Shown: one piece after another, positions 47,075 through 62,295 of the stretch
How the letters are laid out: each line of letters starts with the position of its first letter
How positions within the stretch are numbered: position 1 is the first letter of the stretch
NCBI GenBank assembly: GCA_039621445.1
Contig: CP154954.1
Span: forward strand, 15,209,805-15,273,804
From: Euglena gracilis
Taxonomy: Eukaryota
Length of the DNA stretch: 64,000 nucleotides
Direction: 5' to 3'
Program-made: the position numbers and the translations under genes
Notes under the pieces: model-generated
What the model was told of the DNA's origin: nothing
Seen by the model: only the letters and a program-made list of their open reading frames with translations
The model's database searches: none

Positions 47075-47360
47075 AAAAGATCAGTAAGAATCGGGGGGGG
47101 GGGGTGCTAAATTATCCAAATATGGGTTAGAAACGGGTGGGGGTGTTGAGACAAGAGGAAAAGTTTAAATGCTACAAAACCTGGCGTTTCGCGCCAACGA
47201 GGAAAAATTCCCCTCATTTTGGAGGTCAATTGCTGGGCGTGCAGAGATGTTCAGAAGTCTCCAAATTTTCAAAATTTCGAGAACTTTCGCTCAAAAATGC
47301 ACACAAAATAAGCGTCTCGGAGAAGATGACGTTTAAAAAGATGTGTAAGAACCGGATGGC
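47075..47360 (+). repeat. Dispersed repeat, related copy at ~50630-51002
   Basis: Shared GTAAGAA(T/C)CGGGGGGG..GTGCT, GGAAAATTCCCT.(C/T)ATTTTGGAGGTC and AAAAATGCACACAAAATAA...TTAAAAAGATG(T/G)GTAAGAACCG. Confidence 0.75.
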
Positions 47361-48144
47361 GGTGCTCGGACAAGGATGGTTGGACGAAGTGGGGGGAGGG
47401 GAGGAAGGGTCTGGTCTGGTCCACCTCCCCCCACCTCTGGGTTGCACTCGGCCCAAGATAGAGGTAGAGGTGGATGTGGAGGTCACCCGCCCACCACCCA
47501 CCCACATCTTTAATTAAGAAAAACTTTGGTTGAGAACACGGGGGTATTCCGTGCTGTTTGTCATTTTGGGGGGTGAGTTACCGCATGAGGAGCTTCACAC
47601 ACCCCCTGTCCAAGCACCAGAAAATACAGAAGTTCAGGGGTGACAAAATCCTCTGTGAGCAATTTGTGGCAATTGGCCACAAAAAAAAACCAATAAAAAT
47701 GACAAAAAAAATGACGAAAAACTTCGCTTGAGGGGGAAATGGTCGAAAATGCAGGATTTTTTAGAAGTCGAAAGTATTTCCCCCACAAAAAAATTTTTTC
47801 ACGGGGAAAAAATGGGGAAAATACAGAAATATGTTGATCTCGGGAAACGAAAACAGACCACAAAAGCATGCCAGCGATGGTACCAACTCCCATACATGGC
47901 TCATAACCTCGGGGGAAGGGGGGCGAAGTGCACAATGCGGCACAGCGAGGGGTTGACGCTCGGGGCTGGGCGGGGTGCTGGGACGGGGGTTTGGGGCTGA
48001 GGACGGGGGACCGCTTCAGAGGGGAGGGGGAGAACGGGGGCAGGGCGGCGGGCGGGCGGGTGGAGAAGGAAGCTGGAGGGAGCTATTCCCGAGAAGCGAC
48101 TCAAGGAGCCGGCGGAAGGGCCGCGCCACAAAAGCTGCTGCTTG

Positions 48145-48253
48145 GCAGCAACAACAACAACAACAGCAGCAGCAGCAGCAACAACGACGACGACGACGAC
48201 GACGACAACAACAACAGCAACAGCAACAGCAGCAGCAGCAGTAGCAGCAGCAG
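48145..48253. repeat. Compound trinucleotide repeat (CAG/CAA/GAC)
   Basis: Read directly from the sequence. Confidence 0.9.
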
Positions 48254-48295
48254 AAACATTGCACACATGGCAGCGCAACAACACTTGTATATGCA

Positions 48296-48478
48296 TAACC
48301 CCCCCAAAAAATAAGACCCCCCCCAAAATAAGACTCCCCCCCAAAAAATAAGACCCCCCCTGGGCCGACCGAGCAAAAATCCAAAAATAAGACCCCCCAA
48401 AAAATGACACCCCCCCCTGGAGGTTTCCAGCAACGGACCCAAAAATAAGACCCGGGTCTTATTTTTTTGGGGGGGTAC
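48296..48478. mobile_element. Small MITE-like element
   Basis: Tandem CCCCCCAAAAAATAAGAC units ending in the inverted copy GTCTTATTTTTTTGGGGGGGTA. Confidence 0.5.
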
Positions 48479-51039
48479 ATTTAAATAAACTCACCCTCAC
48501 TGAACCACCCGGGGGGTCATGGCGTCCTGTTTGGCGGTCGTTTTGGTGGCCAGGGAGGATGTAAGTTGAGGTTTAGTGTGTAACCAAAAATGCCCCTTAT
48601 TTTGCATCATGGGTGTGAAAGATGGTATTTTGCGCAGGTTAACGGTTTTTTACCAAAAATCTTAGAGGTTGGCAGGCCCACCACACCTGTTTTTTCGACA
48701 CACCGTGCAATTTTTGGTGCATTTTGTCTCTTTTTTCTTCATCATTTTCTTCCCTCTAGGGGTATGCCACAGCTTGGTGGTTGGCCCCAAGGTTATAAGT
48801 GGGGGGCGGGGGGGCGGGTTTGCACAGTATGTAGTATGTAGTATGTAGTATGTATGCATTTACACATGCATGGACATAACATACCTACATATATATACAT
48901 ACATATGCATACATGTATGCATACTACACACAGACACATATTCATACAATGTATATACGTGCACACACACACGTACATGTATATATCAATATACCCAGGT
49001 AAATTATGCGACCCGCGGGTCGTGCAGTTGTACCAGGAAGAGGGGGTAGTGTGGTGGGACCCGGGTCCGACCTTCAGAAAAAGTTGGGGTCATTGATTGG
49101 GATGAGGTTAGGGTTACAACTGGCTTCCTGTGGGGTCCAATTTTTAGGAATTTAGGCAGAAGTTGGGCCGAATTTCAAACCAAGTTAGGGAGAATTTAGG
49201 CCAAATTCGAGGCAAATGGGTGGCCTGAAAATCTTCCCAAAATGGGACCTAACCTGACCTTTCCCTAAATATGGCCAATTTTCGGCACGCCAATCCCAAC
49301 TCTGACCCTCTGCTTAAAGTTAAGTGTGAACTCTTTCCGAATCCGCCAACAATTGCCTGAAAACTGCGTCTTTCCCCGGCGCCGCCGGACCGAAAAGTCG
49401 AATAATGGACCCGGGTCCCACCTGCCGGTCGCATAGTTGTACAACTTCGTTATGCTATAGTCAGCATAACTTCAGCAGGTCCAATCTTTGAACCTTTTTC
49501 TAAATAAACTTATTGCATTGTGTACCGCCGCTCTGCCGCCCTGGACGACTGGGTCAGGGGCATGCGCGGCTTCATGCGGGGGCTGGCGCTGTTGCAAGCG
49601 GGCTCCGGGGTGTGGCAAGGCCAGGGCCGGGCGGGGATGCGAGGGGACAACTGGCGCGGAACACACGGCGCGTGTGGTGGCCACGGGGACAACTCCATTC
49701 GTCGGCGTCCGCCACCCACAAAAAAACAAACACGTTGGCAGCACTGCCTGCGGCAATGTGGGAACTGACCCAACCCCCCCCCCCCGGGAAAGTTGGGCGG
49801 CCTGTTGTGGTTGGGGTCAGGAAACACAAAATTACCTTTGAAAACGGCAATTTTTCAGGCCGCCGGCAAACACCCCAAAAACCAACCCCTCGCTTGCCTG
49901 CGGACAGAACACAACCCCCGCGGGTGCGCCCTGGGGTCAAAAGTGCCCCCCCCCCCGCTGCTTGCCCAAAACACGGGACAGGGGTTTGGGCCATCTTCAA
50001 AAAAATATATTTAAAGAAGAAAAGATAATAATAAGAAATAAATATAAATAAGAAAAAATAAATAAATAAATAAACAAGTAATAAAAATATAAAAATAAGA
50101 AAAAGAAAAAATATTATAAAAAAGAAGCCTGGCCAGCGCACCAGCCGGTGGGTATGATGCAAAATTAATCTGGACAATTAAATAAATTGGAAAAAATGCA
50201 ACTTGCCTACCTACCCCTCTTTTAAGGACCAGCACAATTATGTCTTAAGTCACTGGCACTGAATCACTCCGCCGCCTTTTCCCCGGGGTGGGGGGCGACC
50301 CTCCCCGGGGGGTTGAACGCACCTCGACGTCCACACCAACACCCCGCTCTCATTTCAACCCAGCTGGGGCAAGACCGCACTCTGGGCTCTGCCCCCAGCC
50401 CTGGGTGGGGCTCCCCCGGCGGTCGCTCACGGCCCCGCCGCTCCACCTCCTTCTCCTTCTCCTTCTCTCGCACCCGCGTTGACATGACGATCTCGCTGCG
50501 CTCCCGCTCCAACTCCTCCTCCCTCTCTGCCCGCGCGTCCACCGACGTGGGGGACAGCGTCAGCATCGGGACGACCGCTGGGCCCAGCCCCGACTGGGGC
50601 TGTGTCAAACGTACCTCCCCCCCCCCTGTCTAAGCACCGGAAAAGATGGGTAAGAACCGGGGGGGTGGTGCTTATTTTGCCAAAATATGGGTAAGAACCA
50701 GGGGGGTGGTGCTTAGACAAGGGGGAAATTTTGACTGGGAAAAAAAAATCCGGCGCTTCGCGCCGAAAAGGGAAAATTCCCTTTATTTTGGAGGTCCACT
50801 GTTGAACTTACACACATTTGGATGCAGAAATCAACAATATCTCACCAAATCAGGTCTCAGAAATTGCAAAGATTTCTAAATTTTTGAGAAATTTCCCTTA
50901 AAAATGCACACAAAATAAACCTCCCCGTGACGATGACCTTTAAAAAAGATGGGTAAGAACCGGGGGGGTGGTGCTTAGACAAGGGTGATGCTTAGACAAG
51001 GGGGGGGGGTACGTGTGAGTGGGTGGGTGGGTGGGTAGG

Positions 51040-51810
<771 letters not shown>

Positions 51811-54800
51811 TTGCTGTGCAGGAGGATTGCGGTTTATGTTGGAGTCCTTCGGAGAAGTGGGGAAGTTCAGGAAAATTGCAGAAATTGCGGGGGAAAAAAT
51901 GCAGAAAAATTGCAGAAAAATTGCGGGAAAATTGCGGAAATTGCACTTTCCGGAATGAGTACACTTCTGCTGGGGGGGGACTTTGAAAAGCTTTGCAAAT
52001 TTGGTCATTTTGCAATGCAATGTCAGTTTTTGAGCCGTAATTGACATTCCCAACAAAAACGTCCAAAACACAATTCTTGTCATTTGAGGAACATGCTGAT
52101 CCTGGAAACATGGAATTTAGTTGGTGAGTAATCCAAAAATGGCAAAAAAAAATAATACAAAAACTTTGGCCTCGGGTGAAATCTGGTCCAGGACGCAGAG
52201 TTTCAAGTCGAAATAATTATTTATTTTTCCACAATTTCCGCATTTTTTCCGCATGCACCTGAAATAGAACACGCAATGAGTTCTGGCCATTCCTTGAACG
52301 TTTCACAAGGGAAACCAGGTGCTTTTTCTGTTTTTTTTGTTGCAAATTTGCCAAAATGTGTTTTGCCCAATTTTAGAAATTTGACAAAATTTGGCAATTT
52401 CTGGGCCTTTTGCTAAATCCTCACTCAGGTCCCCCCATGTTTTCAATCCTAGTTGGGCAGCACTTTGGGTTCGTCGTGTACCTATAGAGGCCAATGTAAT
52501 GACGTCGAGTAGGAAAGGTTCAACTGTGTGCATGAAAATCTCAACCCTGACCCAAATTCTTCAAATTTGGCAACTTTTGCCCACTTTTGACCACTTGAGG
52601 CTGTGTTTTCCAACTTTTGGTGACTTTTGGTCACTTTTGGTTACTTCCTTCTTCTTCTCCTCTTGGCTTGCATCTTCCTTGCGCCTTCGGAAGAGGAGAA
52701 AACGGGCAAAAGTGGGCAAAAAGTGGCCAAAGGTGGGCAAAGGTGACAAACAAACAAACAAATTATAAACACACAATATCCAAACCAAATGTTGCAGTTA
52801 CATTTTATTAAATTAAAAAGAAAGACAGCTGAAATATTTCAGTTGCAACCAGACTTGAACAGAAAGGTTGTGAAATGTGATAATTATGTGTACTATGTGC
52901 CTGTGTAAATGTGTAATTATGTGCCTGTGCACTACCCTGTGCGCAGGCACCTTTTGCCAACCAGGGCCGGCCAGAAAGGCCAACCAGGTGCGACCAGGGC
53001 CGACTATGGTTTTCAGGACCCCCGTAGGTGGGGGTTTCGACCAGGCCGACCAGGGCCAAGCAGGGCCAAATTTGCCTTTGTCAGCCAATTACGCCCATGG
53101 CAAATGATGGACAAGGCCTTCCCTAACCTGCGTTTTTTTCGGCCATTCTTGCCACCAGTGCCCATTTTCCCCCACGGTTGCCCACTGTTGTATTCTCCCG
53201 CATGTTGCCCAACCCTCGGGCTTCCAATGTCACCGGCCAGTGACACACACGGGGCCGGCCCAGGGCTTGGCCACGGTCCCGCAACTTCGACGGGGAGAAG
53301 AGGTTCCGCGCTGTCGCCGCGCGGCGGCTCGGGGACAACATGCGGGGGGACGGGGCCAGGCTGCCCGTTTGGGTGGAAGCTCGATCAGCAGAAAGATTTG
53401 TGCGGCAGCGTTGGCACAGTGGGGGAAATGCAACATGACCCTCGAAAATGCGAGGAAAGAAGCAGACAAAAAAAACCACAAAGTTTTTGACCTAAATTCA
53501 AAACTCAAAAAAGCGAAATATAATATTAATGTATATTAAAATACATATATAACATAATTAATTATATGCTATTAAAAAAAATGAATAAACATGTCTGTAT
53601 CTTCTCAGTGCGCGTTGAGATGTTCGCCACGTGTGGGAAAAAAAACAGAAATGGAAAGGGAAACAAAAGTGCTGTGATACACGTGGTTTAGAGGAAATCC
53701 AAACAAAGCAAACACTGCGGTGCACGCGATGGCTCAACTTTTGCATGCGCGGCGCGCGAACTGGCAGCCTGGGCATGAACTTGCGGTTCCGGTTCTTCGG
53801 GGATGCCGGGGCACCCCCAAAAACACCGCTCCGCGCCGCTCGGAAGGTGGCAGGGGACGGTTGCTGGGGGGTAGGGGGCTGGGGGGGGGGGAGTCTGGAG
53901 CAAAGGCACCACAACAGTGGCTGCAACGTTTAGGGACGCTGGGAAGATAGGCAGCTTTCCGCAGGGGAGGAACAGAGGAAGGGTGCAACACATTGGAATG
54001 CAATCAACCTTCAGTCACAAGCCAGCGTCATGGCCAATTAAAATCACAAAAAAAGACTACCAGAAATGAATTTTGAACATTTATCCAAAATTTTGGTTGC
54101 TTTGTTGCCCGAAAAATCCTTCTTGGTTAAAAAAAACAATCCAACCATCGAAGGATCCCTCGGGAAAATGACCATTAGGCGATCAGCAACACAGTTGCGC
54201 AATACCAAATCACCCCTTTAAATACCCAACTAATCAAAAGAGAAAAGGGGAACTTCGATCACAGGATGGTTCAGACAGGCAGGGTCAAGCAATTTCGCTG
54301 TGGGAAAACGATGTCGAAGCTTTAGCAGGGCTTCACAGGAAAACAAGCGCAATATCTCAAACGACAAACTATGGGGTGGGCAGCCGGGAGGTTTGTTGGC
54401 CGACTCCATCTTGCGGTCTGGGGAGTTGGAGACGCACCCCTGGACGCTGGCACCGCGAGAGGCTTGGCGCCGGAGAGATGGGGCGCGTGAGAGGCTCTGC
54501 AGCGACGGAAACGACGGCTCCCGGCAAGGGAGGCCCGGCATTGAAGTTGTGGAGCTCGCGGAGCCCCCCCCCCCACCTCAAGTGAAGAACTGGCATGACC
54601 AGGAACCTGTCATGATTAAGAATCTGACAGGACCCACAAGGCAACTGTCAGGTGCCTGGTACTTACAGTTTCTTGGAGAGGGGAAAATAGCAGGGGTAAA
54701 CCAACACCAACCCCGCTGCTTGTCAAAGCACCACCCTCCTTCTGTTTAAAAGCCATCTTCCAGGAACCACTTATTCTCGGGCATTGAGTTGGAAAAAAAA

Positions 54801-55492
54801 AACACTGTCTCTCTCGATGCTCACATCACGCAGGCACCCCCCAGGCAGTCGCCAATCACCACAAAACAAATTGGCCAAAAGGGGGGCGGCGGACAACTTC
54901 AACCGATTTCCGGCCCGCAGAGGGCGGGGTGAGAAACGCCTCAGCGGACAGGCAGGGGGTCTGGAGGCAAGCCGGAACCGCCGGACGCCGTCGGGCGCGG
55001 CCAGTGCGCCGGAAGAGTCCTCCAGGGAGGGCCGCTGTGGGCCGTGGGGGCCCCGCAGCATGACCCCCGAGTCGAGCAGCGGGGCGCCGCTGCCCCAGTC
55101 CCCCGCGGAGGTCGGCAGCAGCCCCGCGATGGTGGGCGCGGCCGGCGCCGCGCGGGTCGCGCGAACAAACGCCCCTGTTCTGCATCCAAGGCATGGTGGT
55201 TTCCAAAAAGTCACAAATTCCAGGAAGTGTCGAAAACGAGGCAAAAGTAAAGAACGTATCTGGCACTTTATGAAGTGCATGGCCATATCCTATCCTGATC
55301 CATATCCAGATATCCGACGATACGTTGATTACCCCAGAACCCCACAGATAGCCCGAGATATAGCCAAAAAAATGCCCCAGAAAAATGTGTTCTGTGTGTT
55401 CCATGTTCAAGGAATGTGCTGCTGATGGGGGGATGTCCACGACACAACATGTCAACAAGCCCCTGTCGTGTAACTTCGGTGCTGTGGTCCAC

Positions 55493-55782
55493 ATACCTCC
55501 CCCACCCCCCAGGAAACTGTCACCAGGCTGGCCAGTGCTGGGAAGCCTGAAAAATTCCGATCATGACAGGTTGCTGGTACCAAAGACCCTGACAGTTTCC
55601 TGGGCGGGACCCTGACAGTTGCTCGGGGAGGGCATTTCAAGGGGAAATCAATGAAAAATGACCCTGACAGGTTGGCCAGTGCCGGGGACCCTGACAGTTT
55701 CGGGGGGCACCCTCACAGGTTCTCGGGCATGACAGATTCCCAAGGGGGGGAGGCATCCTGACAGTTCCCGGGGGGTAGGTAT
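55493..55782. mobile_element. MITE-like element
   Basis: ATACCTCCCCC...GGAAACTGTCA at the left end and TGACAGTTCCC..GGGGGTAGGTAT at the right end. Several internal CCCTGACAG(T/G)TT repeats. Confidence 0.55.
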
Positions 55783-56386
55783 TTGGGCAAATCATCAAAT
55801 TTCAGAGAAAGGGCTGAGTGAAATGGTTTCTGACGAAACAAAGTCAAACAATTTTGTTACCACAAGGCAATACACAGGGGTTTGGCAGACCTTTTTCAGA
55901 AAATAACAATGTCGAGACCGGGGAGATTAATTTCCCCCATGCTCGCTCTGTAAAAGCCCTAGCGGGTGATTTTGGGGGAATGCGCTTTTTTAAGACGCTG
56001 GGGCTGTACAGGAAGGCCTGGTGAGGGGGGGATCGACCCCCACACTACGGCACCGTGCAAGGACTAATTTCTTGGCACCAGAAGGCACCGAAGGAAAATT
56101 TGATCTTCAATAGGCGCCCCAGGAAAAAATGGAAGGGTGTTTGGGGGGTCGGACCCCACCCCCGGTGGGATGGAGGCGGTGGTAGACCCTCCCCACCACA
56201 GGATTTCCGGGAACCTCGTTCCTCGTGACCCGAGAATCGAACCTTCAATCTTCATACAATGGATCAACCTTCATCACTTCAGCCTTCCTTTTCGTGGATC
56301 ATTGATGCTGCCTCCTGGCTACCTCCAAAGCGGCATGCATACTTCCCCCGTGACCCCCCCCCTCCGTGACCCGCACCACCCCCTGA

Positions 56387-59000
56387 CTTAGGCGGCGCGA
56401 ATTGCCCAACCGATTTTTGCGTTTTTTGACGTTTTTTGACGTTTTTTGGCTGTTTTGAAATCCCCCTAAAAGGGCACAAAATTTTAGGTTGAGAGGGGTG
56501 TGTTGCAGCTTTGGGCAAAATTTTTATGAAAGTGGTTTTGCGCGGTATTCCGCTTAAACGATTTACGATGGTGTGTGAATTGTGTGATTTGGGTGTACTA
56601 GAAACGTTTGAAATGGGTTGAAAAACACGGACTTTGAATGGGTGTGACATGGGGCTGTGTCTCCATGGTTTATGATATTAACAGCATCTGAGAAACAAAT
56701 GAACATTGCAAGCGTGCGCGGATAACCGTGCAAAACGAAACAAGAGGTGACAGACAACGGAGTTAAATGTTTAGGCGGTTATCCGCACAGAAGGAACTTG
56801 TACGCAGATTACTGCCTAAACGTGAAAACAAAGCATAGTACACGGATTACCGCCCACAATAACACAAACCGTTGATGATTGGTAGAAGGTATGGGGGGGG
56901 GCATACCAGCTGTGAGGTCAGAGAAGTCAGGCGGGAAACCACCTGACCGGGTTAAGGGTGGGCAGAAAAAGCAAAGAATTAGTGGACGATGGGGTGGGGT
57001 GGGGTGGAGATGAAAACCACCCTGGAAACGAACTCTGCCGGTTTGCTGGCAAAGTTTTGCAACCCTACTTGTGACACCAGGCACAGGGGTGAACCTTTGC
57101 AGAGGACACCGACGACAGACTTTGTTGCCAGGTCGCCAGGCAGTTTGCAACTGAATGGTGTCTGGTGTGTTGTGGTGAGTTTGAGGGGTGGAGGTTTATG
57201 GAAACCAGGGAGAGGAGATTGCACCAGCAGGGTTTGACCGAACGAGGAGAGACGGGCAGCCTTTAAACCTGGGTACTCAGAGCAGGGGTGGTTTCCAAAA
57301 AGGACCGGACACACTTGTGTTGAGAGTCGTAACATGGATGGAAGCCAGATGCACCGGGTCAAACATCGACCCGGCGTTGGTTGAGAACGACCGCCTTCTG
57401 GTTTACCCCCCTCCCACACGGCTTCTGACTGTGGAGACCACCGTTGCCTCCTCCGGAGGCATGTTGCCGACCCCGAAGGAGGAAGAGTCAGAAAAAAAGA
57501 GGTGGTTTGGGCATTATGTCTGAATTTCAGCAAAAACTGCGGCTTTTCAAAGGAAAAATGCTGTAAAACTCTTTCAAAACACAATTGAAAAGGCCTTGAA
57601 TTTTTCAGAACTTGGAGGACTCCTTCCCAAAACCCTACAAAATTGTTCGATTGCTGCCACCAGCTGCTGAAACAGGCGTTTCTCCGTCCGTATCTTGAAT
57701 CACTTCTTCGTCAGCCTTCCCCAAACCCTGATTTTGGACCACAAACACCGTTGGGTTCCGGAGGAGGGCCCTGGGAGGTGCTTTTGTTCCTCCTGAGAAA
57801 TCAATCTCAGGTTTTTGGCTATTTTTCGGGACAATAACAAAATATCTTCTCTACCGCAGCTCACCTGGCAACTGACACGTGCGTTCCACTGCTGTCCCTG
57901 CGGCCACCCCTTCACCACTAGCCAGGGGGAACATTACTGCTTCCTCATTGGAGAGGAGGTTGTCCACTTCCTGCTCAAATGCCAGGCGGGTTTCCGCCTG
58001 CTCAGGTACTTGCTGTCCCGCCGCAGCAGCCACAGCTCCCTTTCAACCTGTCCCACCCAACTATCAAAAACGATGTCGCCACACGTCACCACCGACACCG
58101 ACAATACTGGGACACCGAAATATCACAAACACAACCCATCAGAACAGCAACAAGCTCCACGCGGGTTTCCGCCCAAACCTCATCTGTGCGGAAACCCGCG
58201 CAAAGCAAAAGCGAAGTACGCGGATAACCGCGCACTGCTACCATTCACCAACGTCTCAAAATCACCTCCCTCTCCCCCAAAACTTGTTCATTAACAACTT
58301 CCCGTGATGACCGACTTCTGGAGGTTTCAGCGCGTTCCCAATTCCTGCTCCCACGTGTCATCCCATCCACAAACACGAACTGTTCTCATTCTCCAACCCT
58401 TCTGCGCGGGTTTCCGCCTGAGGAATCATCACCGCTTTACGCGGTAAACCGCCTAACCTCATTTTTACCTTTATTCCCAGCCCAGTCCCCTCCGTAAGGC
58501 CAGCATCTCCTCATCACAAAAGTCAATTTTGCGCGGTTTACCGCCTAAAACATCCTTTCCAGAAATTATAGCATCTTTTGGGCAGTGTTGTCCGATCACC
58601 TCCCCCATCACTGGACCTCGGGACTCACGAGATGTTCAAAAATGCGCGGGTTGCTTAAGCGGTTGCCTCTTCTTCACCTGCCACACCGTGTCACCCCCCC
58701 TCCAGAGGGGGGGTCCGGCAGCATCGCCAAACAACCGGGGCTTCAGTGGCCAGGTGCTCTCCCACTGTTTTCTGTTCCAGGGGGGTGTTTTCCAAAACCC
58801 CCCCTAAAACAACCATAAAATTTCAAAATCGTCATTTTGTGGAAATGCTTAAAATGGACCCTAATCGACCCAAAATTTTGTGCTGGTGCCACCCTCTCAA
58901 AATTCTGGGCACAAAACGGTGGGGTATGGTACACGGAAACCCGCGCACCCCAAACGCTGAAAAAAATCGCAAAAAAATTGGGCAATGCGCGCCGCCTAAG
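56387..59000. mobile_element. 2.6-kb TIR DNA transposon (non-autonomous or decayed), superfamily unassigned
   Basis: 23-bp TIR CTTAGGCGGCGCG(A/C)ATTGCCCAA with one mismatch. 5-bp TSD CCTGA at 56382-56386 and 59001-59005. Many internal GCGG-N4-CCGC palindromes. Confidence 0.8.
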
Positions 59001-62000
59001 CCTGAGGGAGAGAGTGTTGCCAGGCAGGGCAGCAGGCTTGGCGGCGCGGGCCGGCCGGGGGTGGAGAGGCTGGTGGGGAGCGGGTCGAGCGGCGCGGATG
59101 CGTCCAACCGGCCGCCCTCCGCAGAGTCGGCGGGGCCGGCGTCGACGATGGCCGGCATGGAGGGCAGGGCGGACAGGAAGTCCTGGACGTTGGAGGCGCT
59201 CGTGTCGTCGCTGCCGGTGGTGTGGTCGTTGGCGTTGGGGGGGTGGATGACCGCGGGTTGGGAACGCGCGAGCACTTCTGAATTTCGGCCTTTTTTCGAG
59301 AAAAAAGTGAAAAAAGTGAGTTGGGGGGGGGGGGCGACCTTCGGGTCGAGACGGCGTTTTTTGAAGGAAATTTTCGGGGAGTCAAAATTTGTGTGGTCCA
59401 GGGGGGTGGAATGTCAAACCTGGAACACAGGAATGGGTGTGGGGCCGCTCCTGAGCGAAGGAAGCAAGTGAATTGGAGTTGAACCGTCCGCAATGGGACA
59501 CCAGCCCCGGCACCAAAGATGACAGTAACAGCGACGACAACGTCAAGCACCGTATGATTTTTTGAAATATGCCTTCACACAATGCCGTCAGTCAGGGCTG
59601 GCTTTGAACCATGGTGGGGGGTCATGGAGGAGCGCCTGCAGGCAGGCACTACCCCCTCCCGGGGGGGGGGGGGCATCCGGTTGTGGCCCCTGATAGCCAT
59701 TGTCTGCGCCAGTGGCAGCCTCGGCACCAGAAGGACTGGGCTGTGTGCCCAAGCACTTTTGGCCAGTGCCCTGCCCCCGGGGGGTGCCAGCCAGGCTTCT
59801 GTTTAAATTCGCACCCCCCCCCTGGCAGGAACAGTGGGCAGGCAAGGGGGTATGGCACTTCGACCCCCGTGGGAGGACCGTGGGGAGGGGGTTTGGGGGG
59901 GAGTGCCAAAGCACACCCAGGGGAAGGCGCTGGGGTCCCGAAAATGGCATTTTTCAAGGGAAATTTGCCTGGATCGCAGGCACCGCGATTCAAAACAGAC
60001 CACCCCGGGGGGGGGGTGGGGCAGGCACCCCATAGCACAAGGCACCCCCTTCCCCCACTGCCGGGTTGCAACCTCCCTCCCCAAGCCCAACAAACACTAC
60101 AGTGACACCCGAGACAGACACGGGACATTGACTGATTTATTGGGCATGGGCATTTCTTTTGCGGTAAAAGATGACAAACGACACGGCCCTTACAGCCCCT
60201 GTTCATTGGGCAAGGGGGTCAGGGCGTTTGGGGTGGGGGGCGGCTGGTTGAAAAAATGCTGGCTGACACCCCCCCCTAGGGGGACCCGGGGTCGAACCAG
60301 GTTCCAGAAAATCGAAACTGCAAAAATGTCCAAAAAACTGCCACTTATGCAAGAAAAAAATAACAATTCTTTGACCCCAAATTTGTCTTGGCCTGCCCAT
60401 TTCTGACCCATTTTTGTCCATTTCCAGCCACATTGCACCACCGAAAGCAAAAAAAAATCGGTACCGTCCAGCAACCCAAAGGGTGGCTGGAAATATAAAT
60501 AATACTCGTTGATGGGGGGGAGGGGGTCTGGGCTGGAAAAAGGCTGCTGGCTGGCTGGACCCCCACCGGGGGGTGGGGTCAAATTTTCTTTGCCCCGGGG
60601 GGTTCAGTAGACATGGGGGGCAGGCAAACAAAAGCCTCTAGCTGGCCCAGCAAGGCTCCCCCCTTACCGGGTGGGAACGGCCACGGCGTTTTAGTTCATT
60701 CCAGCCCCACCGGCACTTCGGAAACCGCAATTGTCAGAGCCCGCCGGCATGCGCCGGCCTTCGGAAGCGCTCGCGCGGCTCCAGGGGCTCCGTCCCGGCG
60801 GTCCCCTCCCCTCTCTCCAGGTCCTCCAGCCTCAGCTGCTCCGGCATCTCTGGCCGGGGGGCCGGGTGGGTGTCCAGTGCAGGGCATTGCCTGGGGGACA
60901 CCAGGGGGAGGGTCAGCCGGGCGCTGGTAAAGGGTTCTTGACCCCCAAGACCAACATAAGGGCTGGGGGGGGTCCCGTCCAGGAGACAACTGGGTGGGGG
61001 GCCCACTAAAACAGTGGCGCGGGAGTCCTCATGACAGATTGTTAGCCTGGCGCGAAGCTTCGGGCCAATGGTTCTTGCCTGCCTGGATCGACCAAAAAAA
61101 AAATCCATTGGCATTTTGAGTGAAAAATTTTCAAAAATTCCAAAATAAAAAAAAAACGCACAAAGCGGAGGAAAATTTCGACCTTTGGGGTAATTCCAAA
61201 GTTCAGCAGGTTGGAGGTACAGACCCTCGGACACCCTCCCTCCTTTACACCATATACCCTCCTCACCTCGAACCCTGCTGTGATGGGGTGTGGACCAGGG
61301 TTCCTCCACCCAGGGGGGGAGAGAGCATCCCCCACCTACACGGCACATCCGAGTTGATGGATTTTCATTTAAAAAATGCATAAAGTACACTGTATGCTTA
61401 TGTTTTAAAATATACGTCAAGTATGAATGGGCAAGAGCATAAGCATCATTCGGTAGCACTAATTAGCCCTCGCACCTCTCCCCTTGCTCACACTTGACAT
61501 CTGCAAACGGGATCCTGAGGACCTGATCATTTTTTTTCTGACAGCACGGTATAGAAATACTCTGACCATCATTGAGAATGGTGACCTACCTCCATGAGTG
61601 AGGGGGGTGTTGTGGCAGGTTCCGGGGGGGCACACTCGGCCAGGGGGGGGGGGGCTGCGTTTGGGGTTAGCAAAGCCATGGCACACTCGTCTGGCGCCAA
61701 ATGCCCCTTGGGCCAAGAAATATCCATTTTTGTGTTGCCGGGATTGGAACCAGGCTTCTTTTTTTAGACCCCCAAGGGGGGAGGGAGGGGTCTCCACCCA
61801 CCCAGCCAAGCGCCGGGCTGAAAGCCTTACCCGTAAAATGCAATTTGGGGTAAAATCCGGGTAAAATTTTGTCCAAAAAAAGGGGGTTCGATCAAAGGTG
61901 GGTTGGTGGGCAACGGGTTCGATCAAAAGGTGTCCTCGAGTGGGGGCGGGGGGTCGTTAAATATAGGAGAGCATTGGACATATGGGGGAAAGAAATCCCC

Positions 62001-62295
62001 TGGTTTGGTGTCGCCGCCTTGTCTGCCATGTCGCGCCGGCGGGTGCCCAACGGGGGCAGCTCCGGGATCCACGACAGCTGGTGCAGGTCCTGAAGGGGGT
62101 GCACCTGCGACGACGGGGCATTGAGGAGGGTTTTACTTGTGCCAAAGGTCTGTTGAAGACTGCTGCCATGGCAGTCCCCTCAGCAAGAATCCTTCCTTGC
62201 TTCACGGATGCAGGAGCTGGCCTGAACAGCCAATGCAAATCAACTCTTTGGGGGGATCAGTGTGCTAGTGTGCTATGGGCTGCCTTGCTGTCGCC

